Below are positions 27,589 through 36,583 of a stretch of DNA of 43,869 bases, piece by piece; the stretch's first letter is position 1; every line of letters begins with the position of its first letter. This DNA comes from a bacterium (GTDB lineage: Bacteria; SZUA-182; DTGQ01; JAFGSM01): assembly GCA_049472315.1 (NCBI GenBank), contig JBLIRN010000024.1, forward strand, positions 1-43,869, in the 5' to 3' direction. The notes under the pieces were generated by a model. That model was not told the origin of the DNA and did no database searches. It worked only from the letters and a program-made list of their open reading frames with translations. The position numbers and the translations under genes are program-made.

Positions 27589-30113
27589 AGGAGATGGCTG
27601 ACAAACCCAAAAAGGTAAAAATCAAGGAACTTTCCCCTCAAAAAAAGGGAACCGGCACGGGTGCCCTGCAAAAGGGGAAGAAGACCCCCGTCTATCAGGA
27701 GTACCGTTTCCAGTTATACATGCTTTGGATCGCCCTCACCCTGCTTCTCGCCCTCTTTATCGTTCCCAGTCTCAGGTTCAAGATCTCCTCCGTGGAGGTC
27801 GGCGATATAAGCGCTAAAAACATCAAGGCCCCCTGGGACCTCTCGGTCGAGGATCATGAGACCACGATACAGCGGCAAAATGATGCGGAGAGGGCGGTGC
27901 TCCCCGTATATGATTACAACAACAGCCTCCGTTCGGAGTTGGTGGAGCGCATCCAGGGGCTGTTCGAACATATGCGCGCATTCTATCTGATGAAGAATCC
28001 CCAGTCTCTCGAGGATGCAAATGCGCCGGTACAGGAGGAGACAAAAAAGAAGGGGGCCGCCCCCTCCGGTGCCGCACCTTCACCGGATACGGAAAAGGAT
28101 TGGGAGCAGGAGTGGACGAAATTCACCCAGACAGGTGGTATCGGTCTTGAGTATAAGACCTACCTCATGTTCGAAAAACGCAATTTTGATACCGATATCG
28201 AGAGGGGGATGATCCAGGCGCTCAATGAGGTGATGAAGAAGGGGATCATTCCGAGCTATTCATTCAATTTCAACGAACGGGAGCGGGGGCTCATCTGGAG
28301 GAATGTGAGCACGCAAAGCGAGTTCAAGGTGGAAGACATCTCCCAGATACTGGACCTGGAAGGCGCCAAGAAACTCGTGGAGACGAAACAGCAATCCCTG
28401 CTGCCCGATGATCAGAAATTGCAGGAGAAGGTGATCGCCATACTCCACGGCATCATATCCCCCAACCTGACATTCAACCTCAGCGAGACGCGCGCCCGTA
28501 TGGAGCGCGCCCGGCAGGCGGTCAAGCCCGCCTTTTTTCATATAAAAAAGGGGGAGATGATCATCCGGGAGGGGGAACGGGCGAAGCTCGATCAGGTGGA
28601 GAAATTGAATGCGTTGATGGATGTGAAGAAGAGCGAACAGGTGGTTCAGACCATCATTGGCTTGATTCTTATTGTCGGGCTCAGCCTGATGATCCTGTTC
28701 ATCCTTCTGAAGCGATTTCATCTGAAACCGGTGTCGAGCCTGAAAAATCTCCTGCTCATATCCCTGAGCATCATCATAACCATATTCCTGATGCGTGTCG
28801 GGGTATTCATCGCCCAGGGGCTCCACTCAACGATACAGATCATCCCTGTTTCGAGCTATTACTATGCCTTTCCCTTTGCAGCAGCCGCATTCATCGTGGC
28901 CATCCTCCTCGATGCCCAAATAGCGGTGGTGGTCGCCGCCATTGTGGCTATACTATCGGGGATACTCCTGAACCGCGACCTGGGTTTCTTCATACTTGCG
29001 TTTCTGGGAAGCCTGGGAGGCATCTACCTCCTCTCGCTGAAGAAGAACCGGGCATCCATCGTACAATCCGGCCTTATCGTCGGCCTGGTGAACGTGGGGA
29101 TCGTTATTCCCCTGGACCTGATACAGGGAACGCTTTTCTCCCTGACAGGGCTCTTTGACATATTTTTCGGTTTCCTGGGAGGCATCTCGGTCATGGCCCT
29201 CGTTCTTGCCCTCATGCCCCTCATGGAGTGGCTCTTCCAGGTGACGACCGATGTGAGGCTGCTGGAATTGCTCAATCTGAATCAACCGCTCCTGCGTCGT
29301 CTCGCCATCGAGGCCCCGGGCACCTATCACCATTGCATCGTGGTGGCCAATCTTGCGGAGGCCGCCTGCGAGGCCATCAATGCCAATTCCCTCCTCGCCC
29401 GCGTCGCCGCCTACTACCATGATATCGGGAAGGTCAAGATGCCCCGGTACTATATCGAGAACCAGATGAACTACCGTAACGAACATGAAAACCTCTCGCC
29501 GAGCATGAGTGGCCTCATCCTCAGTTCGCACGTCAAGGACGGCATGGAACTGGGAAGGAAATACAAACTGAACAAGCCGATCATCGACATCATACAACAG
29601 CATCACGGGACCGCACTTATCAAGTACTTTTATGCCAAGGCGAAGGAGATGAAGGCAAAGGACGGCCAGGAGGTCAAGGAGGAGGATTACCGCTATCCCG
29701 GCCCGAAGCCTCAGACCAAGGAGGCGGGGATCGTCATGCTCGCCGACGCGGTCGAGGCAACATCGAGGACACTGACCGATCCACGTCCCTCCCGGATTCA
29801 GGGCATGATTCAAAACACCATCAACAACATCTTCCGGGACGGGCAGTTGGATGAGTGTGAGCTTACCCTCAAGGATCTCCATCAGATCGCCAGTTCCTTC
29901 AACCTCATCCTCACCGGAATATTCCATCCCCGGATTGTATATCCCGGTTCGCAGGTCCAGGAAGAACAGAGAAAGGAAAAGGGTGGAGATATCTATCCAA
30001 AACCGGCAAAGGAAGGTAAGTCTGGAAATCCCGCTGATGAGGAGGGTGGTGGAGAGGATATTCGGCGTCTTGGGCTTACAAACCCAGGAGGTGAGCATCC
30101 TATTCGTAAGTGA
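27585..30113 (+). CDS. 7TM-HD (HDIG) phosphohydrolase, PgpH/YqfF family (candidate c-di-AMP phosphodiesterase)
   Basis: Extracellular domain, multiple TM helices, EAPGTYHH, YYHDIGK, QHHGT, YRYPGPKPQTKEAGIVMLAD. Located in the phoH-ybeY operon. Confidence 0.92.
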   Translation: MKEMADKPKKVKIKELSPQKKGTGTGALQKGKKTPVYQEYRFQLYMLWIALTLLLALFIVPSLRFKISSVEVGDISAKNIKAPWDLSVEDHETTIQRQNDAERAVLPVYDYNNSLRSELVERIQGLFEHMRAFYLMKNPQSLEDANAPVQEETKKKGAAPSGAAPSPDTEKDWEQEWTKFTQTGGIGLEYKTYLMFEKRNFDTDIERGMIQALNEVMKKGIIPSYSFNFNERERGLIWRNVSTQSEFKVEDISQILDLEGAKKLVETKQQSLLPDDQKLQEKVIAILHGIISPNLTFNLSETRARMERARQAVKPAFFHIKKGEMIIREGERAKLDQVEKLNALMDVKKSEQVVQTIIGLILIVGLSLMILFILLKRFHLKPVSSLKNLLLISLSIIITIFLMRVGVFIAQGLHSTIQIIPVSSYYYAFPFAAAAFIVAILLDAQIAVVVAAIVAILSGILLNRDLGFFILAFLGSLGGIYLLSLKKNRASIVQSGLIVGLVNVGIVIPLDLIQGTLFSLTGLFDIFFGFLGGISVMALVLALMPLMEWLFQVTTDVRLLELLNLNQPLLRRLAIEAPGTYHHCIVVANLAEAACEAINANSLLARVAAYYHDIGKVKMPRYYIENQMNYRNEHENLSPSMSGLILSSHVKDGMELGRKYKLNKPIIDIIQQHHGTALIKYFYAKAKEMKAKDGQEVKEEDYRYPGPKPQTKEAGIVMLADAVEATSRTLTDPRPSRIQGMIQNTINNIFRDGQLDECELTLKDLHQIASSFNLILTGIFHPRIVYPGSQVQEEQRKEKGGDIYPKPAKEGKSGNPADEEGGGEDIRRLGLTNPGGEHPIRK

Positions 30114-30420
30114 TCGATACGTGAGAAGGCTGAACAAATGCTACCGGGGGATCGACCAGCCGACCGATGTACTCGCGTTTTCGATGAGGGAAGGGGAATG
30201 GACGGACATCCAGCCCCAGCTCCTCGGGGATGTGGTAATCTCCGTGGAAACGGCCGCCCGGCAGGCCAAAGAAGTGGGACACGGTCTGGACCGCGAGCTG
30301 ACGATTCTCCTTGTTCATGGGATATTGCATCTGCTCGGATACGACCATATGGAAAAACGTGATGCTGAAAGGATGCAGGCGCAGGAGAGGGTCGTCCTTT
30401 CAGAAATCGAATCACCCTAA
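29983..30420 (+). CDS. ybeY: rRNA maturation endoribonuclease YbeY
   Basis: LNKCYRGIDQPTDVLAF, LGDVVIS and HGILHLLGYDH. GTG start after GAAAGGA. Confidence 0.95.
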   Translation: MEISIQNRQRKVSLEIPLMRRVVERIFGVLGLQTQEVSILFVSDRYVRRLNKCYRGIDQPTDVLAFSMREGEWTDIQPQLLGDVVISVETAARQAKEVGHGLDRELTILLVHGILHLLGYDHMEKRDAERMQAQERVVLSEIESP

Positions 30421-30458
30421 AGGGCCTTGTGCCCTGCCAACAGGAAAGGGACCACACC

Positions 30459-31355
30459 ATGCGATCGGATGATGCCCCGGAGAATTCCTCCGGCGCACCC
30501 TCAAAGAAGCCGTTGTTCCATACATGGCTGCGGAGAATAGGCCTGGGCAGGCTCATACGCCGGGGAATCGCGACCGAAGAGGAGTTTCACCGGCTCATCG
30601 ACGAGGGGGAAGAGGAGGGTATCATCGAAGAGGAGGAGCATGAGCTCATCCACAGCGTGTTTACCTTCATGGACACCATCGTCCGCGAGGTGATGGTGCC
30701 TCGCGTTGAAATCGCCGCCTGTCCCCTCAATGCAGGTCTGAATGATGTACTGGATATAATCCTCGCCAAGGGACATTCGCGCATTCCCGTCTATGACGGG
30801 AAGATAGACAATATCGCGGGGATCGTCTATGCCAAGGACCTGTTGAAGGTCTTCAGATCCAACAAAAGGGATGTAAAGATCGGCGAAATCATGCGGCCGT
30901 CATACTTCGTTCCGGAAACCAAGAAGATCATCGACCTGCTCAAGGAATTTCAATTGCTGAAGGTTCATATGGCCATTGTGGTGGACGAGTACGGAGGCAC
31001 CGCGGGACTGGTGACCATAGAGGATCTCCTGGAGGAATTGGTCGGGGAGATCCACGATGAATACGATATTGAAAGGGAACGTCTCATCAAGCTCGATGAG
31101 AGCACCATCTCGGTGGATGCCCATATCGACATCGAGGAGATCGAGGAATTCTTCGGCCTGGAAATCCCCAAGGGCGACTATGAAACAGTGGGCGGGCTCC
31201 TCTTCCACCTGTTTGAACGCATACCCAAGGAGAAGGAGGAGGTCGTGTTTCAAGGACTGCGCTTTATCGTCAGGAAGGCGGATGAGCGCAGGCTGTGGCG
31301 TGTGGAGATCACCAGGATTGGAAACATACCACCGGCAAACGCTGAAACGGCTTGA
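30459..31355 (+). CDS. corC: CBS/CorC-HlyC family protein (Mg/Co efflux CorC-like)
   Basis: VREVMVPR, GHSRIPVY, MAIVVDEYGGTAGLVTIEDLLEELVGEIHDEYD and YETVGG. Confidence 0.9.
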   Translation: MRSDDAPENSSGAPSKKPLFHTWLRRIGLGRLIRRGIATEEEFHRLIDEGEEEGIIEEEEHELIHSVFTFMDTIVREVMVPRVEIAACPLNAGLNDVLDIILAKGHSRIPVYDGKIDNIAGIVYAKDLLKVFRSNKRDVKIGEIMRPSYFVPETKKIIDLLKEFQLLKVHMAIVVDEYGGTAGLVTIEDLLEELVGEIHDEYDIERERLIKLDESTISVDAHIDIEEIEEFFGLEIPKGDYETVGGLLFHLFERIPKEKEEVVFQGLRFIVRKADERRLWRVEITRIGNIPPANAETA

Positions 31356-31417
31356 CCAGTGCGTTTATTCTTCCTCCGTGATCGCTCATTTTGCGATAGA
31401 AGGTCGATAAAATTAGT

Positions 31418-32326
31418 ATGACAGACGACAGTCCCTATCAAGGTAAAGAGTTTGATCTCAAAGCGGTTCCCAAGAGGATTCTCGTTGTCGTTCCCCATTG
31501 GGATACCGGACATGTCATCTGTAATTCCCTCAAGTCGGCCGGATATACCGTCCATCATGTCAAGAGTGCGGACGAAGGCCTTGCCTTTCTGGCGGAAACC
31601 GTACCCGACCTCATCCTCTCCGACGTGGACATGCCCGGTTTGAGCGGGATAGAGTTCTGCATCAGGGTGCGCCAGAATATCCAGACCGCGGCGGTGCCGT
31701 TGATCCTTCTTGCCGATAATCAACAGGTGTGTGATCGGATCGGCGGCCTCAAGATGGGGGCGGACGATTATATCCCGAAGCCGCTGGACCCCCTCGAGCT
31801 CATCGTGAGGATCGAGGCGAAGCTGGAGCGGTTCAGGGACCTCAGGAGGCTCATCAATCTGGATGCATTCACGAATCTGTACAATCGGGAGTACTTCGAC
31901 CGGAACCTCAACAAGATCCTCAAGATGTCATCCCGGTACCGCCATCGGGTCTCCCTGGTCCTGTTCGATATCGATTTCTTCAAGACGTTCAACGATACCT
32001 ATGGACATCAGGTGGGTGATTACGTGCTCAAGGAGGTGGCCATGATGATCCGGGGCGGCCTCAGGGAGGTGGACATCGTGGCCAGGTACGGCGGGGACGA
32101 ATTCGTGGCGATCCTGCCGGAGACACCCAAGAAGAATGCCCTGATTGCGGTGGAGAGGATCAAGAAGGCATTGGAGAAGCGGGGGTTCTCCTACAATGGA
32201 ATTTCGGAAGGGCTTCATATCTCCATCAGTGCAGGGGTCGCCACCTACCCTGAAGACGCGCAAACCGACTATGAGCTCATCAACAAGGCGGATTCCGCCC
32301 TCTACGCAGACAAGAAAAGGAAGTAA
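31418..32326 (+). CDS. Response regulator diguanylate cyclase (REC-GGDEF)
   Basis: PDLILSDVDMP, GADDYIPKP, DIDFFKTFNDTYGHQVGD, I-site REVD and RYGGDEF. Confidence 0.95.
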   Translation: MTDDSPYQGKEFDLKAVPKRILVVVPHWDTGHVICNSLKSAGYTVHHVKSADEGLAFLAETVPDLILSDVDMPGLSGIEFCIRVRQNIQTAAVPLILLADNQQVCDRIGGLKMGADDYIPKPLDPLELIVRIEAKLERFRDLRRLINLDAFTNLYNREYFDRNLNKILKMSSRYRHRVSLVLFDIDFFKTFNDTYGHQVGDYVLKEVAMMIRGGLREVDIVARYGGDEFVAILPETPKKNALIAVERIKKALEKRGFSYNGISEGLHISISAGVATYPEDAQTDYELINKADSALYADKKRK

Positions 32327-33693
32327 TGATCATTCCCTCCAGGATTGAAGGCCTGAGGGGCCTTGTCACTGAATCATCCCTGCTTGCATCCCCTGAATCG
32401 CTCCTGGTGTACCGCACCGATGCCAGCAATATACCCGGCTCGCCCGATCTTGTCGTTGTTCCGGCCAATCGGGATGAGGTGGTGGAGACCATGCGATGGG
32501 CCCACAGGGAACGGGTCCCCGTCGTTCCCCGGGGGGCTGGTACCGGGGTAACCGGCGGGGCCGTACCGATCCAGGGGGGAGTGGTGATCGCCCTGTCCAG
32601 GATGCATCGCATCCTGGACATCGACCGCGCGAACATGCTCGCCGAGGTGGAGCCCGGGGTCATCACCGGCGACCTCCGGGATGCGGTCGACCGGGAGGGG
32701 CTGCTGTATCCCCCGGACCCCGCCAGTTTGAAGTCCTGTACCATCGGCGGGAATATCGCCGAGAATGCCGGGGGCCCGAAGGCGGTCAAGTACGGCGTGA
32801 CCAGGGATTACTGCCTGGGGTTGGAGGCGGTGCTCCCGGGAGGCGACATCCTGACGACCGGTGCACGGACCCTGAAGTCCGTGGTGGGATACGATCTGAC
32901 CAGGCTTCTGGTCGGCTCCGAGGGCACCCTGGGGGTCATCACCAGGGTCTTTCTCAGATTGACCCGAAAGCCGGAGGCGGTGCGGGCCATGCGCCTTTTT
33001 CTCCCTTCCGCACAGGAGGCTGTTTCCGGTGTCATGGCAATCCTTCGCACGGGGATCATCCCTTCCACGTTGGAGATAATGGACAAATCGAGCATTCAGT
33101 GCGTGTGCGCGGGCCTTGACATGGATCTGCCTTCGGGAGGCAATGCCATGCTCCTCATGGAGGTGGATGGTGAATCGGGAGAGGTGAGACGGCAGGTTGA
33201 GCGGATACAGGCCCTCTTTCCAGGGCAGGGGCTTGATGTGGCCCGCACGGAGGAGGAGCGCGAGGAGCTCTTCCGGTTCAGACGCTCCATCTCTCCTGCC
33301 ATCTATCGCCTTGGTGCCCGGAAGATCAACGAGGATATCTGTGTTCCGCGCGACCGGCTGGCGGAGTGTTTTCTCCGGCTCGACCGGATCGCCTCGCGTT
33401 ACGGCCTGACCATGGCGAATTTCGGACACGCAGGGGACGGCAATATCCATGTGAATATCCTGGTGCAGGATGAAAAGGGGGAAGGGGAAACCTTACAGGC
33501 GGCAGTCAGGGAAATCTTTCGCATGACCCTGGAACTGGGAGGAAGCATCTCCGGGGAGCACGGAATCGGCGTAACCAAGGCCCCTTACCTGGCCATGGAG
33601 ATTAATGAACAGGGAATGGACGTGATGAGGCGGATAAAGGCCCTCTTTGACCCTCGCGGAATCCTGAATCCGGGAAAGATCTTCGGGATGTAA
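32326..33693 (+). CDS. FAD-linked oxidoreductase, GlcD/D-lactate dehydrogenase family
   Basis: PRGAGTG..GG, YPPDPAS, GGNIAENAGG, GSEGTLG, GHAGDGNIH and SGEHGIG. Confidence 0.93.
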   Translation: MIIPSRIEGLRGLVTESSLLASPESLLVYRTDASNIPGSPDLVVVPANRDEVVETMRWAHRERVPVVPRGAGTGVTGGAVPIQGGVVIALSRMHRILDIDRANMLAEVEPGVITGDLRDAVDREGLLYPPDPASLKSCTIGGNIAENAGGPKAVKYGVTRDYCLGLEAVLPGGDILTTGARTLKSVVGYDLTRLLVGSEGTLGVITRVFLRLTRKPEAVRAMRLFLPSAQEAVSGVMAILRTGIIPSTLEIMDKSSIQCVCAGLDMDLPSGGNAMLLMEVDGESGEVRRQVERIQALFPGQGLDVARTEEEREELFRFRRSISPAIYRLGARKINEDICVPRDRLAECFLRLDRIASRYGLTMANFGHAGDGNIHVNILVQDEKGEGETLQAAVREIFRMTLELGGSISGEHGIGVTKAPYLAMEINEQGMDVMRRIKALFDPRGILNPGKIFGM

Positions 33694-33761
33694 TACCATT
33701 AGCTGGATTGGATGACGTGACGGAACAAGGGGTTTCGAGTGACGTTTCAACCAGGACGGAT

Positions 33762-33902
33762 CTATTGGCTCGCCTTCGCCTGGCGTGCATTGCCCTTTTT
33801 CTGCTTCTTCAATTCCGCAATCCGTTGCTTGATCCGTTTCGCCCGTCTTCTCCGTCTTCTCTCCATCTCCTTGATGCGTATAATCTTCTTATGCCTGGAC
33901 AT
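33762..33902 (-). CDS. Small highly basic protein (DUF6800-like, 46 aa)
   Basis: RBS GAGGA then MSRHKKIIRIKEMERRRRRRAKRIKQRIAELKK. Has its own promoter. Confidence 0.7.
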   Translation of the reverse strand: MSRHKKIIRIKEMERRRRRRAKRIKQRIAELKKQKKGNARQAKASQ

Positions 33903-33986
33903 TACAGAGATCCTCGGTGCACTCATCATGCCGTGCTGGTAGAACAATGGTTTCACGGTGACAATTACTTCTCAAAAGGCGGGTTG

Positions 33987-34015
33987 ATTGTAGCATAACC
34001 ATGCACAAGGGTCAA
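33987..34015 (-). promoter_or_regulatory. Putative sigma70 promoter of the small basic protein gene
   Basis: Minus strand TTGACC-N17-TACAAT with extended TG. Confidence 0.65.
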
Positions 34016-34088
34016 TATCGTCAAGGGGAACGGCGGGGCGGAGGGCCCCGCAGATTACCGTATCGCGCCATCAGGCATACGGTGCCGG

Positions 34089-34508
34089 TCAGTTCTGGTG
34101 GAGCACCTTCGATATCATGAGCCTGAGGATGGGGATGTTGATCGGTTTTATGATGTAGTCGAAGGCCCCTTCCTCTTTTGCCTCCAGATAGGTTTCAGCC
34201 TCCCCGAGTCCGGTCATGATGATGATTTCAAGATAGGGACGATCCTGCTTCACCCTCCTGAGCAGTTCGAGTCCGCTTATGTCGGGGAGCTTCAAATCGG
34301 AGATGACGAGATCAGGGGGGTCCTTTTCTATTTCCGCCAAACCACTCAGTGCATTCAATGCGGTGCGCACCACATAGCCGTCCTCCTGGAGGATGTCCTG
34401 CAATGTCTCGCATACCATGTGCTCATCATCGATAACGAGGATCTTCTTTTGACAGGTTGCAACATTCGAGTATTCGGAGCTGCGCTGTTTTTCCTGTTTG
34501 GCTTTCAT
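34089..34508 (-). CDS. Single-domain response regulator (receiver only)
   Basis: ILVIDDE, DLVISDLKLP, IIMTG and GAFDYIIKP. Confidence 0.93.
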   Translation of the reverse strand: MKAKQEKQRSSEYSNVATCQKKILVIDDEHMVCETLQDILQEDGYVVRTALNALSGLAEIEKDPPDLVISDLKLPDISGLELLRRVKQDRPYLEIIIMTGLGEAETYLEAKEEGAFDYIIKPINIPILRLMISKVLHQN

Positions 34509-34672
34509 GTGTTCACCATCCATCCTTGTTCTGGTTGGCATTATGGTTTATGCGACCGTGCAACCGCCGTTCTGATCGCTGGACACATAGTATCCCCGAC
34601 ACTTATTTATCGGCACATGGGGACACAAAGTTCAGTCCTATATATTTGCCCAGTATCAAACTGGAAGGCGGG

Positions 34673-34886
34673 AAACCAAGCTTGGCAGGGCGAAGCGAAG
34701 CGGAGCCACAAACCAAGCTTGCCAGGGCGAAGCGAAGCGGAGCCACTATGCTGCCCCTTCTGGCCACCAAAAGGGTTCCCAACTCTGCAAGCAGACTTTG
34801 CTAGGCTGAAGCGGAGCCTCTACGCTGCCCCTTTCGGCCGCCAAAAGGGTTCGCTACTTGCCAACCAGACTTGTCAGGCGAGCGCC
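34673..34886 (+). repeat. Dispersed intergenic repeat family, copy 2 (37-bp tandem units and 74-bp-period hairpin units)
   Basis: 34673-34709 and 34710-34746 (AAACCAAGCTTGSCAGGGCGAAGCGAAGCGGAGCCAC) differ by 1 nt. 34734-34778 is repeated at 34808-34852. Confidence 0.85.
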
Positions 34887-35003
34887 TTATGGTATTCATC
34901 TTGCAGTAATCAACAGGTGCGAGCGCATATGCCCATGACCGGCAATGGGCTCGCTCCATGATCTACTGATGCGGGAAGGCACTCATACTGCGGGGGGAAA
35001 GGG

Positions 35004-35492
35004 ATGTACATCATCAAGCGGCGACTCATTCAACGGGTGGCCGCATCAATCATGCCCGTGTTCATTGTCCTTTTTTTGAGCGCAGGCCGGATTTATGCCC
35101 AACTTTCGATCACCAATCCCTCCCAGAATCCCTTTGTCATCGAGCTTGCAATCCTTGCCTCAATGCTCAGGACACTGTCGAGTCCCTTCAGCGGCTACAC
35201 GGAGAATCAATACAGCTCATACGACCCGTTTTCCATGCCCTATACGACAATCCCCGCCGATCCCGACTACAACGTGCTTCCCTACCCGCTGCGCCTGAAC
35301 AACATCCAGACCATATCGCCCCTCCTTGCACCCTATGATGTGTATAATCCCGTGTCATTTCTCCGATCGGGATACCCCGATCTTTCCCGGATCACCTCCG
35401 CTGCCTTTTCACCGTCTTACTCCGCACTTCCGTGGACTGCACCCGTTCCCTTTATCCCTTCGATGTTCACCTACCCGTTCCCCCTTTTTTAA
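35004..35492 (+). CDS. Secreted Pro/Ser/Tyr-rich low-complexity protein
   Basis: RBS GGGGGGAAAGGG. Signal peptide ends RIYA-Q. Ends FTYPFPLF. Confidence 0.75.
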   Translation: MYIIKRRLIQRVAASIMPVFIVLFLSAGRIYAQLSITNPSQNPFVIELAILASMLRTLSSPFSGYTENQYSSYDPFSMPYTTIPADPDYNVLPYPLRLNNIQTISPLLAPYDVYNPVSFLRSGYPDLSRITSAAFSPSYSALPWTAPVPFIPSMFTYPFPLF

Positions 35493-35686
35493 TGGCGCCT
35501 TGGCGTAAATCCCTTGCTTGACAGCGGTCAAAACGAAATGGTACAGTATAGGCGTATGTTGAATAACTATTGAAAAACATTATCCTTTTTGCCTTGCAGA
35601 AAACGGACGCCGTTTTGTATGGAATTTCGTACCCTGTTTACTCCGGTCTTCGATAGCCTCACGTTGCACGCGGATGGAACACGTTC

Positions 35687-36481
35687 ATGAGTAGGGAAGG
35701 ATTCCCCCACAGTCTGCCTCCATTGCCTGTTAAAAGCGCATGCCGCGAGATCGTCGGGTTTCTGCGGCGCTTCACCCGTGCATCGAGGCCCAGATGTGTC
35801 CTCGGCCTCTCCGGGGGGCTGGACTCGGCCGTCACGGCATTTCTCCTGGTGCGGAGCTTGGAGAGGGACGCCATAAAGGTGGTCATCATGCCCTATCACG
35901 CAGGAAACATCGAGGATGCGCTTCTGGTGGTGGAGGCGCTGGGGATCGATCATGTCATCATGGATATAGGACCATGTATCGATACCTATTATGCACAATG
36001 CCCCGACGCCGACCGATTTCGCAAGGGGAATAAGATGGCCCGGGAAAGAATGGCGGTGCTCTACGACATCGCGGCGGAACGCCGAGCCATTGTGGTGGGC
36101 ACCGGGAACCGGTCGGAGATACTGCTCGGATACTTTACCAAATACGGAGACGGCGGCGTCGATGTGGAACCCCTGGGGGGGTTGTATAAGACCCATGTCT
36201 ATGAGCTGGCCCGGTATCTGAAGGTCCCCGACTCCATTCTCACCAAACCCCCCTCGGCGGATCTGTGGCCCGGCCAGCGGGATGATGAGGAATTGGGAGT
36301 CGGGTATGAGGAGGCCGACGCGATCCTGTACAGTATGATTGACAGGGGGAAGGATCGTGATGAATTACTGCACCTGGGGTTCGACCCCGGCAGGGTGGAT
36401 AGGATTATCGAACTGGTCGAATATTCTCAGCACAAACGGTGCATGCCACCCATCCCCGACATGCTTGGGATTTTCCCATAG
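35687..36481 (+). CDS. nadE: NH3-dependent NAD+ synthetase
   Basis: VLGLSGGLDS, GNKMARERM, GTGNRSE, GYFTKYGDG, LYKT and PPSADLWPGQ. Confidence 0.96.
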   Translation: MSREGFPHSLPPLPVKSACREIVGFLRRFTRASRPRCVLGLSGGLDSAVTAFLLVRSLERDAIKVVIMPYHAGNIEDALLVVEALGIDHVIMDIGPCIDTYYAQCPDADRFRKGNKMARERMAVLYDIAAERRAIVVGTGNRSEILLGYFTKYGDGGVDVEPLGGLYKTHVYELARYLKVPDSILTKPPSADLWPGQRDDEELGVGYEEADAILYSMIDRGKDRDELLHLGFDPGRVDRIIELVEYSQHKRCMPPIPDMLGIFP

Positions 36482-36583
36482 TTCCATGAAGAGCACCCAC
36501 CTGTTGTCACCGCTGCACGCATCGGATGTATCGCAGCCGAGGGGTATATGCCCCTGCGGCATTCCTGAAAGGAACATGGCAAT

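Noticed and set aside
28953..33450. Long antisense ORFs (e.g. 28953-30137, 32374-33450; likewise 36797-38008, 11910-12797)
   Set aside because: They overlap confidently assigned genes and are expected shadows in GC-rich coding DNA; no motifs.
34673..34852. 37-bp repeats as a mini-CRISPR
   Set aside because: Units are directly adjacent and the intervening sequence is itself repeated, so there are no unique spacers.
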